In this document: piece after piece, positions 48,915-62,112 of the stretch
Position numbering within the stretch: position 1 is the stretch's first letter
Layout of the letters: each line of letters opens with the position of its first letter
DNA from: Lama guanicoe
Taxonomy: Eukaryota
Length of the DNA stretch: 64,000 nt
Reading direction: 5' to 3'
Assembly (NCBI GenBank): GCA_013239625.1
Contig: MU053379.1
Coordinates: 3,578,866 to 3,642,865, forward strand
Program-made: the position numbers and the translations under genes
The notes under the pieces: generated by a model
Database searches by the model: none
Told to the model about the DNA's origin: nothing
What the model saw: the letters and a program-made list of their open reading frames with translations, nothing else

Positions 48915-49710
48915 TAATTTTTTATTTTGGGGTTAGGTTTACTGAGGTATAACTTACAGCACAAGTCACTCGTTTCAGTGTGAGGTTCGATGAATGCTTG
49001 ACCAGTGCACACAATCGTGATTTAACTACCACCAAAATCAAGATTCAGAGAATTCCCACAGTCCCATCACCCCTCAAATTCCCTCATGACCATTTCAAGT
49101 AAACGCCTGTCCACTCCAGCCCCTGGAGACCCCGGTGTGCTCGCAGCTTTCCCAGAAGGGCTTAGAAATGGAATCGCATGACATGCAGTCTTCGGAGTCT
49201 TCCATCAGCACGCGGCGTCAGAGGTTCACCAGGTTGCTGGCGATGTCTCTAGTTTGTTCTCTTAATCGCTGAATGGCTCCGCCTGCTGTGGATGGACCAC
49301 AGTTTGTTCCTCCATTCACCTGCAGAAGAGCACGGGGGTTGTATCCAGGTGATTGTGAATAAGACTGCTGTGGACATTTGCGTGTGGGTTTTCATATGAA
49401 CGTGATTTTTCCTTTTCTCTGGTAAATACCTTGGAGGGGGACCTGGATCATGTGATACGTGCTTGTTTAACGTGTTAAGAAACTGCCAGGCTGTTTACGA
49501 ATGGAGTTCCAGTTGTCCTGGACCCTCATCAGCACTTGATGTTGGCAGTGTTTTGACTTAAGTCGTGGGAATGGCTGTGCAGTGATAGCTCACCGTGGGT
49601 TTATTTTGCATTTCCCTGATGACGAATCATGCTGAGCCCCTTTGGGGCGGCTCGTGGGCTGTTTACATACCCTATTTGGTACATGTCTGTTTAAATCTAG
49701 TCCCCTTTAA
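48915..49710 (-). mobile_element. Old L1 (L1MB/MD-like) 3' region
   Basis: tttactgaggtataacttaca...ggataccac-like/tccattcacct...agaaactgccag...ttttgcatttccctgatgac. Confidence 0.7.
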
Positions 49711-50099
49711 AAACAAACTGAAGTTTTGTTTTGATGCCAGCTCCTTGGAATTTTTCAAGAGAATCCAGAAATTGAGATTTTTTTACATGGAATCTTTTGA
49801 TTCTTAAAGTAGGACCCTGTTTAAGAGATTTAGAAAGATTACATGGCATCTGCAAGGTAACAGTACTGGCTTTTCAATCCCAAGACTTCTGAATCAAGCT
49901 CTAATGTTCCTGTCCCCGCCACGGAAGCTCCAGTAGGCAAATGAGGGGCACCAACTGGGGGGACAGAAGACCCCTCCTGTGACCCCATTTGGTGAATTTA
50001 CTCTATGGTCATACAGAGAATCCCAAACTCACTTGCTGGGCAGGTGACATGTTCTGACTCTTGTCAGGATTTACCCAGCCATGAATCATGCATATGTCA

Positions 50100-50350
50100 C
50101 ACGCAGAAACAGACGCAGATTCATAGAGACAGGCGGTGGAGTGGTGGTTACCAGGGGCCGTGGGGAGGGGCCTGGGGCATTAGAGTTTAATGGGCAGAAA
50201 GCTTTGGTTTTGCAAGATGAAAAGAGCTCTGAGGATGGGTGCTGGGGATGGCTGTATAGCAATATGCATGAACTCAGTACCGTTGCTCTGTACTCAGAAT
50301 GGTGAGGATGGTCAATTTTATATTCTATGCATTTTGCCACAATTTAAAAA
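50100..50350 (+). mobile_element. Old L1 (L1MB-like) 3' end
   Basis: attcatagagacag..gtggtggttaccaggggc..tttaatgggcaga..ttttgcaagatgaaaagagctctg..tcaattttatattctatgcattttgccacaatt. Confidence 0.8.
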
Positions 50351-51477
50351 AGTAAAACAACAACAACACAATGAAACAGAGGAAGCAAGAAGCAATGCAC
50401 TTCGTAATTTTCCCACCAGTTACACAGTGGCTGAAGTGTCTTCCGAGGCAAGAACGTCTGTGTCTTCACTGCCGCATGAACTCCATCCAGAGGCAGTTTC
50501 TTTGGGTTTACGTGGCTGTCGCTAGTGACCAAAGTTTCTTTAGAGCTTTTGTGCTCACAAGGAGTGCTTTGCATTTGGACCTGAGGGCGAGCCACACAGC
50601 TGTGATGTGCTGTAATCGCTCGTTAATGCAAGTCCGTGATCTTGTGAATGTCAGAGAATTCCACAAAGACATGGTTAAAAAAGCATACGGACCCTTAAGG
50701 CAGGGGGTCCAAACAAAGCACTCCGATCACCTATTCAGTGGGAAGGTGGGTCCAACGGCGGCGGCAAGGATGCGCATGGATGTGGGTCAAGGCTGTCGCC
50801 GGCGGAGGCGTCAGACTTCGCCAGGACCCGAGACCCGAGACCCGGAGCGGAGCTGGGTTGAAGCGTTCTGAGGGCCCTGTCTGAAATCCACTCTCTCATT
50901 ATCTGGGGAACCACGTGTGTGTCCCTGGTCGTCCTTAAGAATCCGTGTTCAAGGCTGCAAGGATTGCTCTGTGTTTGTGAAGCCCCTTTCAGGCCCACCC
51001 TTCCCACGTGATCGGGGGACCGTCACCCGGTCTCGCTGCTCACGGTGAGCAGCGAGGTTTGGATAATTGGCAGCCACTGATTCTCACTGGGGAATGTTCA
51101 CATCTTTGGGGCTGAAACCTATTTCTTTACCTGTAATAAGGGGGAAGTCCCAGGCCATCTGAGTGGGATCTTAGTTTTCCACAGAAGGAGCGGTAAGGGC
51201 CAGAGTCCAAACGTTTAAACTCTAAGCCAAACAAACAGCGGCGATTAAGGCCCTCTGCCCTCCCCACCCCTTGCCGGCTCCGGGGGTCTCTTCCAAGGCT
51301 TGGGGTGGGATGGACCTCCTTGGGCGGGGCAGGCCTTCCTACCTTTAAACTCCTGGAGGCTTCTGTGCTGTAGGACGGTGCTTCCTCAAATCCAGTGACT
51401 CCTGCACAGCTTATGAAGTTTTTGCTATTTTCACAAATCACCTACATTTACTTCGCATTTTTTCACTAATACACTTT

Positions 51478-51940
51478 TTAAAAATTGAAGTACGGTCAGT
51501 TACAATGTGTCAATTTCTGGTTACAGCACAATGTCCCGGTCATGCACATACGTACATATATTCGTTTTCATGTTCTTTTTCATGAAAGGTTATTACAAGA
51601 TATTGAATATAGTTCCCTGGGCTGTACAGAAGGAATTTGTTGTTTACCTATTGTTACATATAGTGGCTAACATTTGCAAATCTCAGACTGCCAGATTTAT
51701 CCCTTCCCATCCCCTTTCCCCCAGTAACCATAAGATTGTTTACTATATCTGTGAGTCTGTTTCTGTTTTGTAGATGAGTTCATTAGTGTCTTCTTTTTTC
51801 TTTTTTTTAGATTCCACATATGAGTGATATCATATGGTATTTTTCTTTCTCTTCCTGGCTTCACTTAGAATGACCATCTCTAGGTCCATCCGTGTTGCTT
51901 CAAACAGCATTCTTTTATTCTTTTTTATGGCTGAGTAGTA
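51478..51940 (-). mobile_element. L1 3' end with 14-bp TSD
   Basis: Camelid-type L1 UTR; TSD cactaatacacttt 51464-51477 / cactaatagacttt 51941-51954. Confidence 0.9.
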
Positions 51941-51974
51941 CACTAATAGACTTTAAATCAGTTTTTTAACTCCT

Positions 51975-52150
51975 CTATATGGTTCTCAAACTCGAATGCA
52001 CGTCGGAAGCACCTGCAGGTCTTTTACCCCCAGGGTTCCGTAGGTCTGGGGAGGGGCTGAGAATTTGCATCGCCAGGGATTTCCCAGGTGATGCTGAGGC
52101 TGCTTGTGTGTGTGTGTGGGGGCACACTTACACAACCACTCTTGATAATA
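51975..52150. mobile_element. MER5A-like hAT MITE
   Basis: ggttctcaaact...ggtctggggaggggctgagaatttgcat...cccaggtgatgctga. Confidence 0.7.
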
Positions 52151-55094
52151 CTACCCCGGAAATCGCAGATTGGATGTGGCAGTTGTGCTGCTTTTCTAAC
52201 ACACGTTAATATAAGGAGAAAACCACCAGAAAGAGCCCTTCTGGGCACCAGCTGAAACGGTCCTGTGGGCCACTGAGTGTCCCTGGCGTGGGGCGAGGAC
52301 ATTGGATTTGGATTCAGAATCCCGCACTATGTTACCTTGGAGAAGCGCTAATCTCTCCAAGCCTAGCTTCCTTATTTGTACGATGGAAAGATCTCAGACC
52401 TGCCACCTTTAAGCCCAGCACACAGAGACGGGGCTATGACAGGGGCCCAGGAATGGGGTGGAGACAATGACTAAGACTCCCAGACCAGACGGGTAACGTG
52501 GCGGCGAGGGGCCGGACTGCAGAGCATCTGTTTGGAGGAGAGGTTCCCCGTGGAAGGCAGGAGGACACGACGCTGGTGAGCTGGCGGGACTGCATGCGGG
52601 AGGGACGGAGTGCTGGATGAGGTGGAGTCCAGAAAACAGGAGTCTTAGACCTGACTTAATTCAGAAAGGAAGTTGGCGCCAGAAGCAGGAGCGTGACAAG
52701 CTGGGATGTGCAGGAATTGGTTTCAAACTAGGAGCAGAGACTGGAGGTGAGGAAACCAAGCAGGCTTGGACATGGTCACAGACCAGCGGGGAAGGCTCGG
52801 GTGAGGTGGGGGGTGGATTTGACGGCAAAGAGGAAAGTGTGGCACATGCTGAGGTGGGCGCAGATCCCCCAGGGACAATGCCGAAGGGACACAGAGATGT
52901 GGAAGTGTCACGTGCAGCCTTCCCCCCGCCATCCCTGAGACACTAACTGGAATAACAGTAACGGGGTTTTGAGTTTTCAGAGCAGTGGGGGGGGGGAGTG
53001 ATCGCTTCACAGAAGTGCTGCTTCAACGATGCTCCTCGCATTGAACTGCACAGCAGCACACGAAAGGCTCTGACAAGGTCTGCAGTGAAAGGAATTGATT
53101 GTCAGGCCGCGTCTGTTCAAATACCCACAAACACCTCAAGAACCAGTGTTCCCAGGGACAGCGCAGGATCAAGCGGAGAGAAATAATTTTTCCCATCCCG
53201 TAGCTCGGCTCTGTAGAGTCACCTACATCCTGGACTTCGTGCTTCCCACGACAAAGCTTCGGAGGTCAAAGGAGAGGTAGCTGGCCATCTGTACAGGCCC
53301 CCACGTCAGGTCCGCGCTTCCCCGGGTTAGACCGTCAATGAGAAAACCAGCCTAAGCGAGTGCCTCTCCTCAGTGTGAGAGACCTGGAGCCGCGGACAAG
53401 GGTCGGCTGGTAACAGTCCCACGCAGCTGCTGCTGGTCTGGTGTGAACTCTCCTAACTACTGTGCACCAGGCACTAGCCGCTGAGTGAACGAAGATGTGT
53501 GAACGCCGTCTTCGTGGAGAAGTACACAGAAGCAGGTCCGGAGACGAGGGAAGAGCTGGCGAGGTGGTGCTAGGCAGTGAGTGGGAGGCAGGCAGTGGTG
53601 AGGCGCCCGACTGAGCGGCGCGGCTGGGGAGCTCCGCGGGGCGGGGTGGAGCGGCACTCCCGGGTCCCTCCTCCTGCCGGGCGATGGAGGCTGGGCGTCT
53701 AGGGCTCCCGTCACTCTGGGTTGATGACTGATTCCGGGCATGACGCTCCTGCAGGCAGGGAGAGAGGGCGCCAGTGGGGGACCGTCTCCTGGGGGAAGAG
53801 AGCCACAGGCATTTACGGAGAGCAGCCTTGCCGTGTGGATGTGAGTCCCTGAGGATGTGGACAGGGCGTGGCCGTGACCACCACAGATAAGGACCACGCG
53901 GCATGGGGAAGACGGGGTCCTCCCGGGCCTGAGAACCAGGAACAGCACCGAGACCCGGGCTCTGCTGTTTTCCAGCTGACTGCACCTCGCCTCGCACCCT
54001 GTTGGACTCTGCCTCCTGCTCCCACATCGAGACATGTCAGCCACGGTCCCTGCTTACATAAGTTACTTCCCCTTGGGTTCTCTGGAGCAAAGCGCTGTCC
54101 TGGCAGGCAAGCACCGCCCGTGTCCCCGGCCTGACGGGCTCCGCCTGCAGTGTGCTCGCCACGTCCGGCTGTCTGCCCGGGCAGCGGGGGGCACTGCGCG
54201 GCCCGCCGAGGGTCCCGGGAAGGCTGCGGGTCTGCCCCGCACTGGGGGCCCCGCCGGCCTGCTCCCGTGGGGGCGGGCGGACGCCGCCCCTCAGAGCAGC
54301 TGCAGGTGTAGCTGCCGCATCACGCGTGGCGCCTGTCTCCTAAAAGACAAAGCTGCTCCAGGTAATGACATCAGGTAACACCGAGAACTAGCCGCTGTCT
54401 TCTTGATTGTTTTCCTTTGGCTCTAAAATGAATATTTAAATTATTAAGGACAAATATCAATATTAAAGCTATCCTTCGCGTTAGCACAATTTTTCAGATT
54501 TGAACTCAACTTTGCACTTTCCCAACTGAAATAAGTTCCCACACAGTGTGCCTTCTGGTCACTGTTTTGAATTTTAATCACGAATTAAAAAAACTCCAAC
54601 CGGTCACACGGGGGGAGGAGCTGGGATGACGCGAGGCGCGCCGCTTTGCGCTTCTAACGCCGCGCCAGGCATCCCCTGGTGACCTGCGAATACTGGCATC
54701 CCAGGCGCTCGAGACCGGACTGCGCCTCCAGGCTCCGCGAGCTCCAGCCGCTCGGAGCCGAAGAACTCGCGTGTCAGGCACAGCCCCGCGCTGCGCCCAC
54801 CTGGGCCGGGGGCTGACGGAGTAACTGCGAGTTCTCTGCGTCAGCTTCCATGGAGAATGCGGTGCCAACCACGAAGGCTTCTGATCTGTCCTAGGAGATC
54901 CAGATCCCACCCCTGGAAGCAGCCAGAGGCATTTCTACAAGGACTGCCCACGAGCCACGGAATCCTTACATTAAGGAGGTAGATGCCCCTAAAAAAGAGT
55001 GATCCTGGGGAACCTGCTCGACCAGGTCGCAAGAGTTGTCACAGAAGCCCAGTAATGTGGACGTGGATGTAAGTGGTGTCCTTCCCTTTTAACC

Positions 55095-55279
55095 TCGTAT
55101 TCGAGCTGTTCATTCTGGGAGAGAAATGCAATTGACTTGTATGTTGATGTGCAACGAGCAGCCTTGTGGCGCGCCTACCATTTTCACTTTCTTACAGGTT
55201 CTTTTGGTTTTCTCTATACACAGTCACTCTCTCTGCAAAATAACAATAGTTTAGCCCCTTCCTTTTAAATCCTTATGCC

Positions 55280-55311
<32 letters not shown>

Positions 55312-55905
55312 ATGTATTTTTTCCTCTGTTGGCTAAAACCTCTGTTATAAATGTTGAAAGGGAATAGTTACAGTGGGCATTTAGTTCTCACCCTGGGCTC
55401 CTAAGAAAAATGTTTAATATCTCACCACTAATTTTGATGTTTTCTGAAGGGTTATAGTCGGTACCCTTTATCACATTAATAAATCACTTTATTTTACTTT
55501 GTTGATAGTGTTTATTTTAAATGATAAATGAATGTTACACTTGATCAATTAATTTTTTGCATCTATGAAATAATTACGTGATTTTTTTTTTGGTTTATCC
55601 TCTTACTGTGATGAATTACATTGATTTTCTAACATTAAGTCAACTTTGTATTCCTGAGATAAACCAAGTTTAGTAATGCGGAATCTTCCTATTTTACATC
55701 ACTGGTTCAGAGTGTTAATTTTTTTGTTTAGGATTTCTGCATCTACGTTCATATATAGTATTGATCTTAATTTTTTTCCTTCTATAAATTTGGGCATCTA
55801 CTCTGTGTTAACCTCATAAGATGAGTGGAGTAACATGCTCTCTTCCATGTTCCAGAAGAGATTCTAAAAGATTGGAGTTATTTCTCACTTAAGTGTTTTG
55901 TAGAA
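55095..55905 (-). mobile_element. Old L1 ORF2-derived fragment with (TA)(TG)n at ~55280-55312
   Basis: agaaatgcaattgactt..; tgatgaattacattgattttct..; tgtttaggatttctgcatctacgttcat; cctcataagatgagt. Confidence 0.7.
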
Positions 55906-57144
55906 TGCACACGTGTGCCACCTCATTACATAAAAGGCCATCCCCCAAATCATGTTAAAATTGACAAAACTGTAATTGTGTCAAATTATAATTATGTAAT
56001 TACAGAAATTTACAGTTACAAAATTATAGTCAGATAAAAATCACGTAAGTTACAATTTCACAAAAATTACATAATAAACTACAAAGTTACATTTCAAAAC
56101 CTTTGCCAAAACAGACTTTGGAGTCAGATTATCTCCAGTGTGAGTGATGGCCCTGCTGACAGGCTGTGCAGCCCTGTGCTGCTCTCTTGACTTCTCTGAG
56201 CTCTCAGTGTCCATCTGTCATGTTTGCTCACAGTCCCTCTATCTCCTGAAGACGTCTCAGGAAGATTAAATGCAAGCTGGGTACACAGCAAGTGACCAAT
56301 AAATGGTAATGATTTTTATGATCATATGTTAATTGCTCAGTAGCCACCCAGGCATTTATTGAGCACCTGTTGTGGGCCAAACGTGGTATGAGTACTGGGA
56401 ATACACCAGGAGGCAAAATCAGACATGGCGGCCCATGCATCGCAGCAGGGATTCAGCGCTGTCCCCGCAGGTGGATGTCCCGCCCCCACTGAAATGAAGT
56501 GAGGTTATTTCTGGAAACACCCTGACCGTCTCTTGGGTGTCAGACAGGCAAGAGTAAGCGGAAGCAGTGATCTCTGCTCAGGGGCAGTGGGAGCCTAGCA
56601 TCGAGCTCTCTGGACCAGCTGGGGGCTGTCATAAGGAGGAGCCACTTCCTTTAGGGGGTGAGTGAAGACGTCTCGCTTCTCCTGACCCAGGATCCTTGCC
56701 TGCATTTCTTTACAGGGGCTGAAGGTTGCCCATGAGGGTCTGTCTCCAGGGCCCCATCTTTCCTCCGGCTGCTGCTGGGGTTACCAGGAACCCGGCGGGA
56801 ACACGAAGGAGCCCCTGAAGAGCCTGGCACGCTGCCGGGAGCTGAATCCAGGTGGCCTGAGGTTGAGCCCTCCTCCACATCAGGTAACTTCTCCCGCTCA
56901 CAGCCGAGGTTGCTCCGTCGGCGTCCCTGGAGGTCTTGGCACCAGTGCCTCAATTTCTGCCTTCTGTGGTTTTGATTCTTTGGTGCACATGGCCCGGATG
57001 GGTTTTTGGGAAATGCCTTGGTTTGGTATGGGAGTGAAAAGCAATGGCTAGAGAACAGGTCTTCTGCCAGCTAGGATTTCTACGGAAAGTTAAAAAATTC
57101 AGGCTGTGATGCAGGCGGATTTGTGTTTGTGGAAGGATTAGGAC

Positions 57145-57745
57145 AGTGGTTCTCAAACGTCAGCGAAAAGTTACCTGGGGGAGGTTTTAAAATGCAGAGA
57201 CCCGAAGCCGAGCCCATGACGCACATTCAGTTGTCGGGGAGGGGAGCTCTGGGGGGAGGGGTCCCGGATTCAACGTTTCTGGCATGGCTGCCGTGCTGAT
57301 GGGGCTGGTCTGCGCACCATCCTGTGGGGAGCGCTGTGCGTGGATGTTAATTTTGGTTCTTGAAGGTGTGTGTAGAGAATGGCTCTCAACTTTGGTAGCG
57401 GGGGATTTTGAAAAAAAAAATCCCAGAACTGTGCACATCCCAGACCAGCTGCAGCAGGATCTCTGGCCGCAGGGCCCGGGCATCAGTATGTTTTAAAGCT
57501 TCTCTGACGGTTTGGTGGGGGCCTAGCGGGGGAACCCCAGACCAAGGGAGATTCCTGGGTGATGGCAGCCGGAGTTCTCGGTGCTCACGGTGCACCAGAA
57601 TCACCTCGGGAGCTTGTGAAATGTGCTGATGCTCGGCCCCACCAGGGAAACAGGGTCTGTTGGTCTGGAGTGGGGCTGCGGCACTGATGGCATTTTTAAA
57701 AAGCTGCTCTGATGATTCTGATGGAAAACCAGGGTTGGAGACCAC
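57145..57745. mobile_element. Cluster of MER5-like hAT elements
   Basis: cagtggttctcaaac; gctctcaactttgg; agaatcacctcgggagcttgtgaaat; tgattctgatg...gggttggagaccac. Confidence 0.65.
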
Positions 57746-58743
57746 AAATATTTAAAAAAGTGTCCTTTACTGCCCTGAAACGAAATTCCTAGTGTAACTT
57801 ACTCATCTGCACTATGAAGGAGAAGTAAAAGGAAATAAAAAGTAGCATTTGGCAGATTTATATATGTACTTGACACAATGAAGTGGCCAAGTGTTTGTCC
57901 TGCCAGAATGTCACCGGCCCAGCCCCAAATCCAGACCATGCCTGGAGTGTGCTGTGGGTCACTCAGGTTCCACCAGCTGCGCAGGCACCTGGCCTTGGTT
58001 TCCCAACCCTGTGCCAAACCCTTGGTCAATTCTGGACATAACAAAGCACCCGGACTCACCCCGCAGCTGGATTCTACCTAAGTGAGCGCACTAAACCAGG
58101 TGATGACACCTTATGCTCCTGCGTCTAATGAGGCAGAGTTAGGGTCCAGGGGGGCGAATTACAGTCGGTTGTTCACACACGTGCATTCCAGGCTGAGCTG
58201 TGGTCATTTCTAATCTCTAGCCTCCGCCTCCCCACCCCAAAGCCAGGCATTCTCTCCAATCTCCTTGCACAACCTCGAACGCCCCCTCCATTTCGCAGCT
58301 CCCCCCATCCTTCTTAAATGAAGGGATGAAGAGGAGCTCGTGGACATGCGCTCAGCCGCCGGTTCTGCTTTCTGCGCGGGGGCAGCACCGCGTGGAACCC
58401 ACCGACGGGGAATCTGTGGTCCTGCCGGGGAGAATGCCTCCCACCCCCACAATGTCCCCTGCGGGCAAGGGGGTGGCGGGAGGAGGCCTCGGGCTGCCGG
58501 CCGAGCCCAGCCCTCGCTGCAGGCTCAGGTTTGTCCCCCGCCGGAACGTGCACAGGGCGCCTTAGAGAAAGAGGTGAAGGAGCCTCCTTGACTCCAGCGC
58601 CCCCGCGCCCCCTCCCCCAGGAAGCCCGGGACTCATCCTGCGATCTCTAGTGCCCTCTAGTGGCCGACATGCGTCATGTCCGGTACCCAGAGATTGATTT
58701 TTATTGTATATAAACCTACCCGAGTGGGCCCTGAGCAGGGACA

Positions 58744-58744
<1 letters not shown>

Positions 58745-58777
<33 letters not shown>
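58745..58777. repeat. (CA)n microsatellite
   Basis: Directly visible. Confidence 0.9.
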
Positions 58778-58779
<2 letters not shown>

Positions 58780-58789
58780 TGTGGTCCCT

Positions 58790-59020
58790 CTTCTGGGCGG
58801 CACCGCGGGTGCTCAGAGCCCTAGCGCGTAGGAGGGTGGTTGCCAGGGGCTGAGGGCGGGAGAGACGGGGAGCTATTCTGCACTGGGTGTCAGTTCGGGA
58901 AGGAAGCGTTCTGGAGGTGGATGGGGGTGATCGCTGCAGAACGATGTGAGTGTCCTGGGGCCCCTGACCTGGACACTTCACAGTGGTTAAGAAGGTGAAT
59001 TTTATATTATGTATATTTAA
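58790..59020 (+). mobile_element. Old L1 (L1MB-like) 3' end
   Basis: gtggttgccaggggctg...gttctggaggtggatgggggtgat...gtggttaagaaggtgaattttatattatgtatattt. Confidence 0.75.
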
Positions 59021-59159
59021 CACACACCCTGCTACACAAGGGAGATTTCAGCCTGTGGGGGTTTCCAGAGTGAAAAGTGCATGCGACCTCACGTTTCCTC
59101 CGCAGTTCCAGCCCTGCTGCACCCCTAGAGGGCGTTTCCACGCTAATGCTGCCCATTTT

Positions 59160-59348
59160 GGGGGTGGGGTGAGGTGGGGTGGGGTGGTAATTAGGCTTAT
59201 TTATTTATTTTTTGTTTGTTTGTTTTTGGGAAGGAGGTAATTAGGTTTTTATTTACTTATTTATTGTTAATGGAGGCACTGGGGATTGAACCCGGGACTC
59301 TGGGCATGCTCAGCATGCGCTCCACCCCTGAGCTGTACCACCCTCCTC
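59160..59348 (-). mobile_element. Camelid Vic-1-like SINE with duplicated tail module
   Basis: ggggattgaacccggg...catgcgctccacccctgagctgtac; ggtaattagg..tattta module occurs twice. Confidence 0.85.
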
Positions 59349-61919
59349 AGGTCTATCCATTTCAAAATTATATATGTGTATTATATGTACTTGTTTCTCT
59401 ATGTGCACACAGAAATGTAGATTTATAGAATTACCTACTATATATATATCTATGAGATGCTTTAAGATGTATGTATAAAAATAGGTATTTCATTTGTGTT
59501 TCTAACTCTATTTTATATTTATGTATTTTTTAAAGTTTTTATATACAGATATATAAGTGTATGTGTATATATGTACACACACACGTTTTAGATATAAAAA
59601 CTTTAAACACATCTTAAAATACAGAAGGGATCTGGCCATGTCATTGCCCTGTAGCAGGTGGCGGTGTGGGTGTCACCTGACTTGCTCGGCTTCCCGCTCT
59701 GCAGATGCACATTGTGGTGGTTGTCATTTACAGGAACGCCTCGTAGAAGTAGCTTTGTGCGCATGTGTGAGGTTTTGTGTGGGATGATTACCCCTATGCT
59801 TCCAGCTTCTCACTCAAATCAGAAATTCCAGTCGGCAGAGGGGCCCAGTTTGCCCTGGGCTGGGAGCCGGCCCCTGGGGAGACTCTCCTTTCCTGCAGTT
59901 CTGTGTGTGTCTGTGAGTAACCGTGTGGGAGCCAAGTCCTCACCTGGAGCTACAGATAAATGAGGGTGAAGCCGCAAATATGGAATCAGCAACTCAGGAG
60001 GGTGGAGGGTGTTTTGGCTTAATTGCTACTAAAAACAATGTCTTGTTCCAATGTGTCCATTCATCAAGATGCCCAGTTTCAAAAGTAAATGCCCCTGTGC
60101 CCCAGTGGCCATGCGAGGGCCTGGCGAGACTTGAGTGGCACTAAGAACACAGCGGGAGGCGTGGCGCCCCTGGCCAGCTGGTTCCGCTCTGGGACTGCGG
60201 GCTCCTTGGGGTGGGCCCCGTCGTTGCTGCTCGGGAGGGGAGGCTGGGGTTCCAGACGGGGATTTCATGATTAACTGGGGGTGGGCTTGGGGATCTGGTG
60301 ATGACTAGGGCGGCTGGGCCCCCATGTCATCCCTTGGTGCCTCCCTAGGTACTCAATTTTGTCAGAGCTCCTGAGTTTTCAGGAGAAAGCTGGAAATCCA
60401 GATTTTTAAAATCTGGAATACTAGGATTTTAAAATACAGGCAATTCATTAAAAACAAAACATAACCTAAAGCACTGTGCAGGTCAAACTGAGCAAGAGTC
60501 ATCTGGGCACAAGTCTGATGTCACCTGGGATGTTGGTGAGAGGCTGCCGACAGGCCCGGGGAATCCACCTGCCCGTCACCTGCCCGTTCAGTCTGCCGTG
60601 GTTGCTTCATATGATTGACATCACCTGCAGGTGTGTCTGCTTGAAAGACTGATATTGGAGGGGGTGAGAGTGTGTCTGTGCTGGGAGCATAGCTGAGCTG
60701 TAGGAGGCGAACCCCTACCTCGAGTGGGGCACCGCTGGGGCTTGTGTACACTGAATTAACCCACTTTTACAGCTGGCACCACGTGAACCCGGCCACTAGC
60801 TACTGAGGATGGCCTGGTGCCAATAATGAGGGACATGTGACCTCTCCACGGAGAGTGGAGGTTTCCTCGCACTTTCAAGTGTAGCTGGGGTCCCCACACT
60901 CCGTGTGTTTTGTTTCATCTTGTGCTGCTTGTGCATGAAAGCCTTCTGTGAGGTTATGTCCGTGAAAACAAACGCCTTTTTTCTTTTCCTAATAAGAGTT
61001 GGGTAATGAAAGATAAGGGTGAGGTTACCCCGTGGCTCCGGTGGCTGTCAACAGCCTTTCGAGATTTTCTTTTTCTGTTGAAATCGTTAATGAATTGGAG
61101 TTTTCTCCGGACCTTGTAGAAGGTAGCTTTTCAGATCTGGGCTCAGAAAATCAGAGACGCTTGTTCCATGCGGAATGTCGAAGGGCTTCGTTTGGTCTCG
61201 TGGCTGCAGACGCCGCCGGGTCCGGACCAATCTTGCTAATTATGGCAGGTGGCTCTTTGGCCCGGGGAAGAAAGCAAGGCTTCTCTGTGCCCGCCTCGGG
61301 GCCTTCAGAAGTGATGGGAAGCCAGTCTGAAGGCCGCTTGGCTTCTAATGGTCCTCGAATGGGCTTTTGTGCGGACGTGGAACGTGATCCGAGGCATCGG
61401 GGACACCAGACAGGATGCTTTTTATGCAGCTGGGGATGTGGGCAGAGAGCAGAGCGGGGTCAAGACGGAAGCAGGGCTGCGGCCTCGAGCATCGGAAAGC
61501 AGCTTTGGAGTTGGGACAGTGAGCACCGCGTGGGAGTTGTTCTCAGACTTTGCATTTTCAGAAGATAACCATCTGGGTGTTCGCTTCTGGTGGACCCGGG
61601 GCGGACCTAGGTGTTTCATACATGAGAGGCCTCGCTCACTTGGCCTTTGCAGCGAACTGGGGAGGTGGGAGTGATTCTGGTCCCCGAGTTACAGCGGCCC
61701 GGCTGGGACGGGGGCCCACGGCTGCAGACCCCAAGCTTGTGCTCCCAGAGGCTCAGGAGACGACGGGTCAGCAGCGGAGCAAGGTCGGAGCGAGTGGCTT
61801 CGATGTGGCCTGACGTCTTCTGCTTTCCCGTCCCTCTAAGGCGGGCAGTGGGAGGCGTCAGGCCGGCGAGCACTTGCTGCGAAGCTCAGACGGCCTTAGG
61901 CTGCTCAGAGCCCTGCTGC

Positions 61920-62112
61920 TTTTTTTTCCTTTAATTTTTTTCTTAGGTTTTCCTTTTTGAGATAAATTTTATATTTTATATTTTTATCTCTTAGGGGATA
62001 ATTAGGTTTTATTTATTTAGAATTTTTTCTTTTTAGCAGAGGGACTGGGAATTGAACCCACGACCTCGTGCAAGCTAAGCACACGTCCTACCACTGAGCT
62101 GTGTCGGCCCCT
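61920..62112 (-). mobile_element. Camelid Vic-1-like SINE
   Basis: taattaggttttatttattt...gggaattgaacccacgacctcgtgcaagctaagcacacgtcctaccactgagctgt. Confidence 0.82.

Noticed and set aside
53335..54044. 230-aa and 195-aa minus-strand ORFs
   Set aside because: GC-rich overlapping frames with no domain signature
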